Shown piece after piece: positions 1-9,364 of a stretch of DNA of 64,000 nucleotides. Location of the stretch: contig JBBTWJ010000014.1 in the NCBI GenBank assembly GCA_038062895.1, positions 4,036 through 68,035 of the forward strand. The letters run 5' to 3'. The notes beneath the pieces were generated by a model, which saw nothing but the letters and a program-made list of their open reading frames with translations, made no database searches and had not been told where the DNA came from. Origin of the DNA: Patescibacteria group bacterium (lineage in GTDB: Bacteria; Patescibacteriota; Microgenomatia; UBA10105; UBA927). Made by a program: the position numbers and the translations under genes. Position 1 is the stretch's first letter. Each line of letters starts with the position of its first letter.

Positions 1-1114
1 CATTTTTTAAGTCGGCAAACTCAGATATATTGGTTTTCAGCTTAAGGCTTTGGGAATTTTGGCTTTTGTCTATGGCAAAAAAGCAGAAAGCCTGACTGAT
101 GTCTATGAAAAACTCATTCTTTTCCGGAATTGTATGGATAGTAGACAAGCGATAGTCATTAAGCATTCTATTTCTAAGCTCATAACTTTGTTTATCGCTT
201 AATAAGGTTGAGGGTATTAATAGACCCACTTTACCATCTTTTTTAGTGTAATTTTCAACTATTTCTTCAACAAATAATTTATATAAATTTAATGTTCCAT
301 TATTGTATTTATATGTATGATTCTTTCTTATAAAGTTTAATAATTTTGTTATTTGTTTTTTATAATTATCAGTTTCGTCATTGTATTTATTTGAATTAGC
401 CTTAAGTAGTTTGTAGGGTGGGTTTGTAAGAACAATGTCAAAACCATCTGTTCTATTAAAGATGTGTCGTGGGTCATTTTTAACGATAAAATCTTTATTA
501 AGATCAAAAAGGAGGTCGCCTATGTAGAGGTTCTTTGGCGGTATTGTTACTTTGAAAGTATATTTTGCGTTAATATAATGAGGAATTATTTGACTAAGTA
601 AAGAAATAGCTTCTGCATCTATATCAGCAAAATACATATTGTTGATAATTGTTTGTGCGTCTGCGTTTGTAGAATGTTTTTGATTGTCAAAAATATTATC
701 TAAATATGCTAAAGCGAAAATTCCAATACCCGAACAGGGTTCTAAGAAGCTTTTATTTAATGGGTTTATTGTCTTGTCATAAAGACTCACCGTTTCGTCT
801 GTAATTAACCTCGCAATATAATAATCGGTATAATAGATTCCGTTATGTTTTCTTTCATCTGTGCTTGAAAGTTTAACTTTCTCTTTTTTTTTCTGATGAG
901 TAAGACCTATGAGTTCAACGATCGCAATGTAGTTTAAATCTTTATTACTTGTTGCAAAATCGGATAGTAAGGTACTAAATGTCAATTCATTATTAATAGT
1001 CTTGTTTTTTAGAATTTCTAGTAAATTACTTATGATTACATCGTCATTAATGCCGTGTGAGGTAAGAGAGTTATAAATTGAGTATATTTTTCTTGTATTA
1101 CTTTGGGTAGGCAT
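1..1114 (-). CDS. N6-adenine DNA methyltransferase (Eco57I/type IIG-like), 3' end runs off the window
   Basis: Not in the ORF track because it is open to the edge. Manual translation from ATG at 1114 gives MPTQSNTRKIY..., RKHNGIYYTD, motif I FLEPCSGIGIF and motif IV FDIVLTNPPY. Confidence 0.85.
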   Translation of the reverse strand, partial: MPTQSNTRKIYSIYNSLTSHGINDDVIISNLLEILKNKTINNELTFSTLLSDFATSNKDLNYIAIVELIGLTHQKKKEKVKLSSTDERKHNGIYYTDYYIARLITDETVSLYDKTINPLNKSFLEPCSGIGIFALAYLDNIFDNQKHSTNADAQTIINNMYFADIDAEAISLLSQIIPHYINAKYTFKVTIPPKNLYIGDLLFDLNKDFIVKNDPRHIFNRTDGFDIVLTNPPYKLLKANSNKYNDETDNYKKQITKLLNFIRKNHTYKYNNGTLNLYKLFVEEIVENYTKKDGKVGLLIPSTLLSDKQSYELRNRMLNDYRLSTIHTIPEKNEFFIDISQAFCFFAIDKSQNSQSLKLKTNISEFADLKN

Positions 1115-1143
1115 ATATTTATTATATTTGAAATCCTTAACAA

Positions 1144-1737
1144 TTATCCGTTTCTTATCAATCCTACAAATTTACCTCGTACTTCTAATTTTTGTGGTTC
1201 AATAACGAGATAATTCTTGTTTCTTGGTTCTAAGGTAATTTTCCCACCTCTTTTTCTAAAAACTTTTAAAGTTGCTCCATCTTCAGTAATAGCAACTATA
1301 ACTTCTCCGTTATTGGCTGTCATTTGGTGTTTAATCAAAACGATATCTTTATCAAGTATTCCCATATCGATCATGCTGTCGCCTTTAATCTTAAGGGCAT
1401 AATGCGGATACCTTGAGTCAATTTCAATATTTGAAGGAACTTGGATTTCTTCCGGGTTTTCAATTGGTTCGATAGGTTTTCCAGCAGCAATATAACCTAA
1501 TAAGGGGATATTGTGCTGGTTGGTTATTGGGGAAATACCCCTTGCTTTGTTTGCATTTTTAGTCAGATATCCTTTCTCTTCAAGCTCATTTACATAATAT
1601 TGTGCCGTACTTAAATTCTTACCTAAATAGTTGGCTATTTCATGAAGAGAGGGGGAAAACCCCTTTTCTCTCAAAAAAGAGTTAATAAAATCTAAGGTGT
1701 TTTTTTGTTTTCCAGTTAATGGTTGTATATCTTGCAT
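1144..1737 (-). CDS. lexA: LexA repressor
   Basis: N-terminal winged HTH (GFSPSLHEIA), IAAG cleavage site, GDSM catalytic Ser, ATLK catalytic Lys. Confidence 0.9.
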   Translation of the reverse strand: MQDIQPLTGKQKNTLDFINSFLREKGFSPSLHEIANYLGKNLSTAQYYVNELEEKGYLTKNANKARGISPITNQHNIPLLGYIAAGKPIEPIENPEEIQVPSNIEIDSRYPHYALKIKGDSMIDMGILDKDIVLIKHQMTANNGEVIVAITEDGATLKVFRKRGGKITLEPRNKNYLVIEPQKLEVRGKFVGLIRNG

Positions 1738-1803
1738 ATATTATAAATATATGATAAATTTACAGTAAAGTCAAGAGTGAATTTTAAGGGGGTGAAATTA
1801 AAT

Positions 1804-2037
1804 ATGGCAAAACAAAATCAACATGTAGTACCGCATCAAGGTGATTGGGCAGTCAGAGGAGAAGGAAACTCAAGAGTTACTTCAATTCACCCGACACAAT
1901 CTTCGGCTTATGAAGTAGCAAGGAAAATTGCAATTAACAATAGGTCTGAGGTTGTTACTCACCGTCCTGATGGAACAATTAGGGATAAGGATAGTTTTGG
2001 GAACGATCCGTGTCCACCAAAAGACAAGAAGAATTAA
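1804..2037 (+). CDS. DUF2188 family small protein
   Basis: NQHVVPH..W.V.GEG..R....TQ..A...AR.IA......H..DG.IR...SFGNDP.PP pattern; GGGGTG RBS upstream. Confidence 0.8.
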   Translation: MAKQNQHVVPHQGDWAVRGEGNSRVTSIHPTQSSAYEVARKIAINNRSEVVTHRPDGTIRDKDSFGNDPCPPKDKKN

Positions 2038-2044
2038 TTCCAAT

Positions 2045-2962
2045 ATGGAAAATTTAATTAATAAAAAGGTAAAAATCGGAAGAAATGATCTCTATCCTTG
2101 TGGAAGCGGAAGGAAATATAAAAAGTGTTGTATGGTAAAAGAACCTACAGAGCAGTTGTTACCTGTAAAAGAGGTAAAAACAGTTATTAGCAATACGTAT
2201 GGGAATCTTTTTGATTTCAACAAAGAGTTAAAAAGTGTCGTAGATGGTATTTTTAAGAAAAAATGTAAGGCTGATGAATCCAAAACAGCATTTGCATCGT
2301 TTACCATAGGGAAAGCTTACAAAACACATGAAGCAATAATGATTTTATGTTCTGAAGGTTATGGTGAAGATGCCGCAATATTAGTCAGATCACTTTTTGA
2401 ACTATTAATAACTTTACTTTATATCTTAAAAGACTCTACAGACGAACGAGCCAACAGATATTATTCCTACGACTGGATTCTTCGCAAAAAAATGTTCGAC
2501 TACGCAAAAACTAAGCCAGAAATTGCAAAGGAAATGCAAGATAGAGCAACTAACCCTAAGATAGGCGATACAAACATTGAGGAAGTAATGAAACAGGCTA
2601 AAGTTGTGCAGGAAAAATATAAATATAACAATAAAGGTTGGTCGGATAAGTCAATTTACGATATGGCATCAGAGGTAGGGCGTATGGACCATTACAAGAC
2701 TATTTATGCTCTTCAGTCCCAAATTGCTCATACTGCAGTTAGAGTTATAAATGATTACGTTAAAGATAGCGGTTCAGGCTTAAATATAATGGTTGGTCCT
2801 GGTTTAAACTGGATTGAAAACGACCTAGTTGCGTTATTTGACTTCTATTATTCAATTGTTGGCGAGTGCGACAAACTATTTGAATTTGGTTATGCTAAGA
2901 AACTTGACGATATAGCTAAACGCTATCTTGCCCATGTGGGGGAAATCAATAATAAAACTTAA
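2045..2962 (+). CDS. SEC-C motif protein fused to a DUF5677-like helical domain
   Basis: KIGRNDLYPCGSGRKYKKCC (SEC-C-like, first Cys replaced by Tyr); LVRSLFE and Y..QS..AH motifs. Confidence 0.65.
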   Translation: MENLINKKVKIGRNDLYPCGSGRKYKKCCMVKEPTEQLLPVKEVKTVISNTYGNLFDFNKELKSVVDGIFKKKCKADESKTAFASFTIGKAYKTHEAIMILCSEGYGEDAAILVRSLFELLITLLYILKDSTDERANRYYSYDWILRKKMFDYAKTKPEIAKEMQDRATNPKIGDTNIEEVMKQAKVVQEKYKYNNKGWSDKSIYDMASEVGRMDHYKTIYALQSQIAHTAVRVINDYVKDSGSGLNIMVGPGLNWIENDLVALFDFYYSIVGECDKLFEFGYAKKLDDIAKRYLAHVGEINNKT

Positions 2963-3005
2963 TTTGAAACAACCACCAAAAGGATCATCTTTTGAAACTA
3001 TAGAA

Positions 3006-3524
3006 ATGACTAAAGTAGACTTTTTTCAGGCATCACTTAATAAGCTACATGATGACGTAGGAACAATTCTCAGGTTACTTGATGAACACAATAAGCAATC
3101 TGCTCGTAAGGTAGGTTTTTGGGCAAGTATGAGGTTAATTATGCCAATTATTGAGGCGGTGGCAAATGTTACCGGAGAAAAACCCCAAGAGTTTCTTAAA
3201 AATCACTTAGAAGTTACTGCTCCTTACTTAACCTGGGATTTATTTAGACATTCACTTATCCACGGGGACTATATGCAACACGCAAAATACCAATCAAAAG
3301 AGATTGGTTGGGGTATCGCATTTATTGGAGTAGGCCATGTTATTACCAGTGGACACATAGGCATTGACGCTATACACCTTTACAACAAACTCAATGAATA
3401 TATAACCGCTGAAGTGGCAAAAAATGACCAAGCAGTCGTCAAAATTGAAGTAGGAGTTTTATATAAAAATCCAAAGCAGGAAGTTGTTGACGAGTTTAAT
3501 AAACTATGCGGTAAGGGTTTATAA
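3006..3524 (+). CDS. hypothetical protein with possible HEPN-like RxxxxH motif (FRHSLIHG)
   Basis: Long ORF co-oriented in the AT-rich island; start chosen at ATG 3006. Confidence 0.55.
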   Translation: MTKVDFFQASLNKLHDDVGTILRLLDEHNKQSARKVGFWASMRLIMPIIEAVANVTGEKPQEFLKNHLEVTAPYLTWDLFRHSLIHGDYMQHAKYQSKEIGWGIAFIGVGHVITSGHIGIDAIHLYNKLNEYITAEVAKNDQAVVKIEVGVLYKNPKQEVVDEFNKLCGKGL

Positions 3525-3872
3525 TTGTTGGGATTGCTGAAGTGTAGTTTCTGGGTCAACACATAATTCAGCTCAGTCTACCGTACGAAACGTATCCCAG
3601 TTACTGAGCCTGTTGGCACTTAATATACTAAAATCGTGCTTGCAACCGTACATGCAACCTATGCAGGCAACCTGCCGGGTAGTTTAGATTTAAACCTCTC
3701 TCTTTATTAAATATCTGTTTTTTAACATGCTCAAATTATACTCCCCTCACGCTCCCTTCGATAGACTTCCCTCGAAAAGACTCGGGACAGGCAGGGTAAA
3801 CAGACTCAGTGTGAACACTTCAGCAAGTTTATGGTGAGCCAAGCCGAACCAATCAGGGTAAATGATCGGGAT

Positions 3873-4712
3873 TTATTTCAATCTTTTTTTCTCTTCCGGC
3901 TCATGGAGAAAGTTTTGTTTGGAGACGACTGAACGGCCGAGGCGTTTCTCAAGCTTTTTTCTTGCTCCTCCGGCTATATCGCCTCCGGCCTTGGCATCTG
4001 CTTTTAACTTGGGCACACCTTGGGAATCCTCATTCCGGTGAATTTCCGTCGTAGCGCGTTCGCCTAACATGTTAAAAATCAATTCAAAATCATCCATGTG
4101 GTCACGTAAATTCTCGCGTCGCAGACCCTTTAGTTTTTTATATTCACTCGGCGTGACCCCAAACGTGGCTTTAGAAATTTCTGCGGTCAGTATTTCATAA
4201 TCTCTGTCTTCTCTTGCTCCACGCTTCTGCCACTGGTCGGTCAACTCTTCCCGAATCGCAATCCCACGCATCCGTTTCTCTATCCAATCATCTGAATACC
4301 CTTTTAGCTTGTAGAGCATTCGAGTTCTCTTGGTGCCTAACTCCGGGTTTTCTATCTCCTGCACCCGCTCGTACCCCACGCGGGCTAGCCACCGTTTAAA
4401 AGGCTCAGCTTTTGGGGATGGTATGGATTGGATGAGTCGAAAAATACCTTCCGTATGCCAACAATAGGCTTTTTGTACTCCTCCCGGGGTTTCAATATCC
4501 AACATAAGGGGTGGTACAAATTGTACCCCTCCTTTGTCAGTCAATTTTGCTAGCTCCCCATCTCTCTCCTTGAGCCGTTTGAAGTATTGCGCTGGATCAC
4601 GAGAATTAGCTAACGCTTCGATGACATCATTCACCGAAAACCACCATTCATTGTTATAAATAGTTTTCCTGATCTTTTTGCCTTTAAACAGAGCGATTTT
4701 TGTTGCATCCAT
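3873..4712 (-). CDS. Bro-N domain (phage antirepressor-like) protein
   Basis: WWFSVNDVIEAL, RLIQSIPSPKAEPFKRWLA and ENLRDHM motifs. Confidence 0.85.
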   Translation of the reverse strand: MDATKIALFKGKKIRKTIYNNEWWFSVNDVIEALANSRDPAQYFKRLKERDGELAKLTDKGGVQFVPPLMLDIETPGGVQKAYCWHTEGIFRLIQSIPSPKAEPFKRWLARVGYERVQEIENPELGTKRTRMLYKLKGYSDDWIEKRMRGIAIREELTDQWQKRGAREDRDYEILTAEISKATFGVTPSEYKKLKGLRRENLRDHMDDFELIFNMLGERATTEIHRNEDSQGVPKLKADAKAGGDIAGGARKKLEKRLGRSVVSKQNFLHEPEEKKRLK

Positions 4713-4795
4713 AAACAAATAAATACCTAATGAGTCAAAGTATACTCCACCTTCTGTAGGGACACGCCTCATGCTCAAAATATGATTTATATTCG

Positions 4796-5110
4796 TTACT
4801 GTATCCTTCCTGTGGCGGCTAAGAAAAGAACGATGGGGATACTCATCGTATACACCAATCCACCTATACCAAACATGACGAGTAAAATTACCAGAATTGA
4901 ATTTTTATACACAACGCTCATTGTTATGGGAAACTTCACCAACGTGGCGTACGTCCGACGACAGAGGGTAACAATAGAAACATTGAAAATTCTTTTCGAT
5001 ACCTTGTCAGCAGTGAGATAGGCTCCGTACAGCGCAGAACACACGTCATATACAAACTCTTTCCAAAAATATTTCCTCACCCGGATGGTAATACGTACTG
5101 CGCTATCCAT
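4796..5110 (-). CDS. hypothetical membrane protein
   Basis: Hydrophobic C-terminus; preceded by the same upstream motif as its neighbours. Confidence 0.4.
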   Translation of the reverse strand: MDSAVRITIRVRKYFWKEFVYDVCSALYGAYLTADKVSKRIFNVSIVTLCRRTYATLVKFPITMSVVYKNSILVILLVMFGIGGLVYTMSIPIVLFLAATGRIQ

Positions 5111-5187
5111 ATACTTACTCAAAGTATACTCTCCTCACGCCAGGGAAGGGCATGGTACATCCCCCACGCGGCAAATAGCTATGAAAT

Positions 5188-6006
5188 TTATTTCAATTTT
5201 TTGATGGAGGGATTACCTAGTAGAGATTGCATTTGGGAAATGGCGGTTTGGTTTAGTTGAACTAATCTAACGGATTGGGAAATTTCTTGCCTGATGAGCT
5301 GGGCATTGAGACCCTCGAGGTTGGCCAGTACTACAAGTTGGGTGACGTCGGCATAGTCGCGGATATTACCATCTTTGCCCGGATTTTCATCCCGCCACAA
5401 TTTGGCTGTTTTGCCAAACAACGCCATGTTGAGTACATCAGCCTCACTGGCATAAACAATACTTGTTGTTTGTTGCGAAACAGAGGGAGGAACCAGGTGT
5501 TCTTTGATCGCATCGGTGTGGATTTTATAGTTAATCTTAGTCAGAGTCCTTTTCACATCCCAACCAAGCCGCAATTTTTCACTCTCTTCATTTTTTAGTC
5601 TCTGAAACTCTTTGATGAGATAAATTTTAAATTCAGGGCTTATCCACATCCCAAATTCAAAGGCAATATCTTTATGGGCATATGTTCCACCATATCGTCC
5701 GGCGGTTGCCTTGAGACCAACAGCATTCGTCTTTTTGACCCATTCTTTTACACTTATCTTGTAGTTATTCAAGCCTGCCTGACTTTTAATTGTGGCAAAT
5801 TCGCCATAATTAAAATTTGGATTATGTAACTTTTCCCATATACCCAAAAATTCAACGGTATTTCTATTTCTGAGCCAATCGGAAATAAAAAAATCACCAT
5901 CTTTTGCTTTCAACATGTCGGTAAGCGAAATAAAATCATCACCCCCAACATTTAAAATAATGCCGATTTGACTGCCCTGAACTATAATTTGTTTACTTTT
6001 CGTCAT
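5188..6006 (-). CDS. KilA-N domain protein
   Basis: DFISLTDM, WLRNRNTVEFLGIWE, GRYGGTYAHKDIAFEFGMWISPEFK. Confidence 0.9.
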   Translation of the reverse strand: MTKSKQIIVQGSQIGIILNVGGDDFISLTDMLKAKDGDFFISDWLRNRNTVEFLGIWEKLHNPNFNYGEFATIKSQAGLNNYKISVKEWVKKTNAVGLKATAGRYGGTYAHKDIAFEFGMWISPEFKIYLIKEFQRLKNEESEKLRLGWDVKRTLTKINYKIHTDAIKEHLVPPSVSQQTTSIVYASEADVLNMALFGKTAKLWRDENPGKDGNIRDYADVTQLVVLANLEGLNAQLIRQEISQSVRLVQLNQTAISQMQSLLGNPSIKKLK

Positions 6007-6064
6007 ATTGCAATAATTAGCTCAAATTATACTCCCCCTACCTACTAAACACGATCTAACATCA

Positions 6065-6418
6065 TTATGACTCTATGACCACTCCCTCCAGGACGTCCAT
6101 ATCGATGAAGGGGTACAGGAGCCTCAGATTTTTGGTATTGGAACGGTAAAAAAGATCCGCAACGACCCCGATAAACGGGAGGAGCCCCAGGAGATAATCC
6201 AAAAAGATATGCCAACCCATCGTCCAATAAATCCGCGACGGGACCTTCAATTGATACGCAATCCAGAAGAGATAGCAGGAGATACCTGCGCCAATCATGC
6301 TTCCGAACCCCGGCAAGATGTCCAGGATCGGATCTATCCCAAACCGGATACCAAAAAAGTTAAATTTGGTATCCATGAGAGTCACCAGACGCTGAGCGAA
6401 CTCAATATGTGATTTCAT
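6065..6418 (-). CDS. DUF4112 membrane protein
   Basis: LMDTKF...GIRFGIDPILDILPGFG...GLLPFIGVVADLFYRSN.KN. Confidence 0.8.
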   Translation of the reverse strand: MKSHIEFAQRLVTLMDTKFNFFGIRFGIDPILDILPGFGSMIGAGISCYLFWIAYQLKVPSRIYWTMGWHIFLDYLLGLLPFIGVVADLFYRSNTKNLRLLYPFIDMDVLEGVVIES

Positions 6419-7302
6419 TGAGGACTATACCCCTTCCCAATCTTCCACACGCCTTTTTCACGAAACGCAGGGATCGTCTGTCGACGGGCAGCGTTAAATA
6501 TGGCCGGAGCACCAAGATTATGCTCTTTGACATATGTGGCCAGAGTAACTATTTCACCACCTTGTAAATAGGTAATACGTTTATGCAACGACTCACATAT
6601 TGCCCGCGTAAGAACACGTTCCGTTGTGCTGGTCTTTTTGTCATCACGATATTGCGTAAATCCCCGATAATATTCCTGCTTTTCTTTATCACGGATGATA
6701 ATATTCGGAAAACCTATTCGTTGGAGTTGAAGATTGATCAGCGCTCTTCCTATGCGGCCATTACCGTCATTAAATGGATGAATCGTTTCAAACTCCAGAT
6801 GAAAACGTGCGATAGCATCAAGAGGATATAGCGTCAGATTACCCGTATATTCCTCAAGTAACCGATCCATCAACCGATCGATATGTTCCGGCGCAGGTGC
6901 GACAAAAGCTCCCACACGTACATATTCATTTGCGCTGCGAAACCGTCCGGCTATTTCATCATTTATTCCTACGAGGAGCATACCGTGAAGCGTACAAATA
7001 AATTCTTTGGATAACTCACGATCTTTTGATAACGCTCGTATAAAAGCCACAACACGGGCTAAATTTTTAGCCTCATACACTTCACGAACGCTCACCTGCC
7101 GGGATACTTCCATTTCCAGTAATATTTTTTCCGTTTCCGGAAGGCTGAGGGTCGAGTTTTCAATCGCGTTGGAGTTGTAGACACTTTCTGCGATTTCCGC
7201 CTCATCGATGAGGGTAAGGAGTGCGTCTTTGCCTATCCGCAACCGGTCAAATTGAGTCTTGATTATTCGTATTTTATCGGTGATCAATCGCGATGTAGCC
7301 AT
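6415..7302 (-). CDS. Fic family protein with C-terminal HTH-like segment
   Basis: HPFNDGNGRIGR Fic motif; SNAIEN inhibitory-helix motif. Confidence 0.9.
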   Translation of the reverse strand: MATSRLITDKIRIIKTQFDRLRIGKDALLTLIDEAEIAESVYNSNAIENSTLSLPETEKILLEMEVSRQVSVREVYEAKNLARVVAFIRALSKDRELSKEFICTLHGMLLVGINDEIAGRFRSANEYVRVGAFVAPAPEHIDRLMDRLLEEYTGNLTLYPLDAIARFHLEFETIHPFNDGNGRIGRALINLQLQRIGFPNIIIRDKEKQEYYRGFTQYRDDKKTSTTERVLTRAICESLHKRITYLQGGEIVTLATYVKEHNLGAPAIFNAARRQTIPAFREKGVWKIGKGYSPQ

Positions 7303-7317
7303 ACTTCATATAATAGC

Positions 7318-7352
7318 ATATTCACGGTGTTTTGTCAATTTACCGTGAATAT
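7318..7352. promoter_or_regulatory. Palindromic operator overlapping the fic promoter
   Basis: ATATTCACGGT-N13-ACCGTGAATAT; minus-strand TTGACA lies in the spacer; third half-site at 7370-7380. Confidence 0.6.
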
Positions 7353-7372
7353 GGATAAGAAATCGGCTCTAT

Positions 7373-7621
7373 TCACGGTATTTTGATGGTATACACCACG
7401 CCGCGGGTGGAACCCATTTTTTGTATAAATCCCGCCTTAGCAAGCTGCTTGAGGTCATAATGAAGCGTACTTGGTGGCACGAGCCGGAATTGCCGTGATA
7501 AAAACGCGAATGATACCATCTTATTTTCCCGTATCGTCGCCACGATCTCCTGACGCCGGGGAAACGGCGACGAGTGAGGCTGTATGGTTATTATGCGCTG
7601 CATGGTCGCTAGTGAATCCAT
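7373..7621 (-). CDS. small winged-HTH protein (DeoR-like)
   Basis: RRQEIVATIRE...STLHYDLKQLAKAGFIQKMGSTRGVVY. Confidence 0.6.
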   Translation of the reverse strand: MDSLATMQRIITIQPHSSPFPRRQEIVATIRENKMVSFAFLSRQFRLVPPSTLHYDLKQLAKAGFIQKMGSTRGVVYTIKIP

Positions 7622-7627
7622 GAGAAC

Positions 7628-7680
7628 ATATTAGAAGATATTAGAAGATGTTGCAAGATGTTGCAAGATGTTGCAAGATA
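7628..7680. repeat. 10-bp tandem repeats (ATATTAGAAG x2, then AGATGTTGCA x3)
   Basis: Read directly in the divergent intergenic region. Confidence 0.85.
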
Positions 7681-7728
7681 TCACATGATTATGGCAAACG
7701 GCGACAGGAATACGGTACACTAATAATA

Positions 7729-9078
7729 ATGAAAATTAAATTTCTCGGAGCGGCAGGGATGGTGACGGGATCTTCCTATATTCTCACATCCGGATCCGGA
7801 CAATCCATCCTAATCGATCTTGGATTATTTTTAGGCACTCCGGATATCAACAAGCTCAATGAACAACCGTACGCCTATGACTGCAGCCAATTAGCCGGTG
7901 CCGTCTTGACGCACGCCCATCTGGATCACTGTGGCAGGCTGCCGATACTCTTGCCCCAGGGCTACAAAGGAAATATCTGGATGACGAGGGCAACGGGCGA
8001 CCTGACGGAAATATCGTTACTGGACAGCGCAAAAATTGCAAAGGAGGGAGACCGCCGCCCCCTGTTTGATAAAGCGCTCGCCGAGCAAACCATCAAACGG
8101 TTTATGACCGTCGACTACCGTACTCCTGTTTCCATCGGCAACTTCACCGTTACGCTGCGTGACGCGGGCCATATCCTGGGATCAGCAATCTTGGAAATAG
8201 TGGATACCAAGCCAGACTCCGGGGTCAAAAAGGTCGTCTTCAGCGGTGATTTGGGCAATACGCCGGAGGACTTACTCGAAGAGACAGAGTACCTTGATAG
8301 TGCCGATTGCGTCGTCATGGAGTCCACCTACGGCGACCGGCTCCATCCTATCTCTTCTGCCGAAGTTGCCCTTGAGTCAGAAATACACAGTATCGAAGCC
8401 TCCGGCGGGACGCTTCTTATCCCGGCATTTGCACTGGACCGGACCCAGGAACTTTTGCACATGATCATGCACATGAAACAATCGGGGAAAATGGGAGCCG
8501 GCACACCGGTTTTTTTGGACAGTCCGATGGCCGAAAAAGCGACGCTCGTCTATGGGAAGTATCCGCAAATTTTTAATACCCATATCCGGGATGATTTCAA
8601 AACCGGAAATCCCTTCGGGTTTGCCGGACTTACCGTCGTTGCCACCAACCAACAAAGCGACGCGCTCTTTACGCTTACCGGACCCAAAGTCATCATCGCC
8701 GGAAGCGGCATGATGACCGGAGGAAGAATTCTCAACCTTGCGACCCATTTTCTGCCGATTGCTTCTACCCGGTTATTTATCGTGGGATATCAGGGCGAGG
8801 AGACGCTGGGACACAACATACTTGCCGGAAATAAACAGGTGTCCATCAACGGCATCACCGTCCCCGTCCGGGCGACGGTCAACGATACACAAGGGATGAG
8901 TTCTCATGCCGACCAGAAACAGCTCATCGCATGGCTGGGGCACATCAAGCAGGTACAAAAAGTCATCCTCACCCACGGCGAAGACGGACCGCGCAACGCA
9001 TTGGCTCAAAAAATATCAGAAGATTTGGGGTTTACTAATGTCTCCCTCCCGGTCCTCCATCAGGAAATACAACTATAA
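7729..9078 (+). CDS. MBL-fold beta-CASP metallo-hydrolase (RNA-metabolising)
   Basis: LTHAHLDHCG, AGHILGSA, FSGDLG, MESTYGDR, SSHADQ, THGE motifs. Confidence 0.9.
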   Translation: MKIKFLGAAGMVTGSSYILTSGSGQSILIDLGLFLGTPDINKLNEQPYAYDCSQLAGAVLTHAHLDHCGRLPILLPQGYKGNIWMTRATGDLTEISLLDSAKIAKEGDRRPLFDKALAEQTIKRFMTVDYRTPVSIGNFTVTLRDAGHILGSAILEIVDTKPDSGVKKVVFSGDLGNTPEDLLEETEYLDSADCVVMESTYGDRLHPISSAEVALESEIHSIEASGGTLLIPAFALDRTQELLHMIMHMKQSGKMGAGTPVFLDSPMAEKATLVYGKYPQIFNTHIRDDFKTGNPFGFAGLTVVATNQQSDALFTLTGPKVIIAGSGMMTGGRILNLATHFLPIASTRLFIVGYQGEETLGHNILAGNKQVSINGITVPVRATVNDTQGMSSHADQKQLIAWLGHIKQVQKVILTHGEDGPRNALAQKISEDLGFTNVSLPVLHQEIQL

Positions 9079-9112
9079 CGTCACCAGCGCATCGTGCTAT
9101 ACTATAAGCTAC

Positions 9113-9364
9113 ATGAATGACATTGTGACGGTAGAAGAGGCCGCTATGTTTCTCCATAAACATCCGGGAACCATACGGCGGTGGATAGAAAGCAATAAAC
9201 TCAAAGCCCGGCATCTTTCCGCCGGCGGACACGGGATCTATGCGATACTCCGGATGGATCTTCTGGAATGTATGATCGCCGGGGATATAAAGGAAAAAGA
9301 AAAAATCAAACACGCGCCTACCCCTAAAGCCCTACCCGATCCACAAACCCAACTTCCGCTTTAA
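9113..9364 (+). CDS. excisionase/HTH_17-like DNA-binding protein
   Basis: VTVEEAAMFLHKHPGTIRRWIESNKLKA; TGCTATACT extended -10 just upstream. Confidence 0.7.
   Translation: MNDIVTVEEAAMFLHKHPGTIRRWIESNKLKARHLSAGGHGIYAILRMDLLECMIAGDIKEKEKIKHAPTPKALPDPQTQLPL

Noticed and set aside
1738-1803. SOS box upstream of lexA
   Set aside because: No palindrome I can match confidently to a known LexA motif
3562-3695. Possible IS-like ends (…CAGTCTACC at about 3574-3582; GGTAGTTTAGATTTAAA at about 3678) at the island edge
   Set aside because: Only short resemblance to the IS1 terminal repeat and no partner end visible in the window
3730-6040. Integron attC array
   Set aside because: The repeated motif is not palindromic, lacks RYYYAAC/GTTRRRY boxes and lies at gene 5' ends; no integron integrase seen
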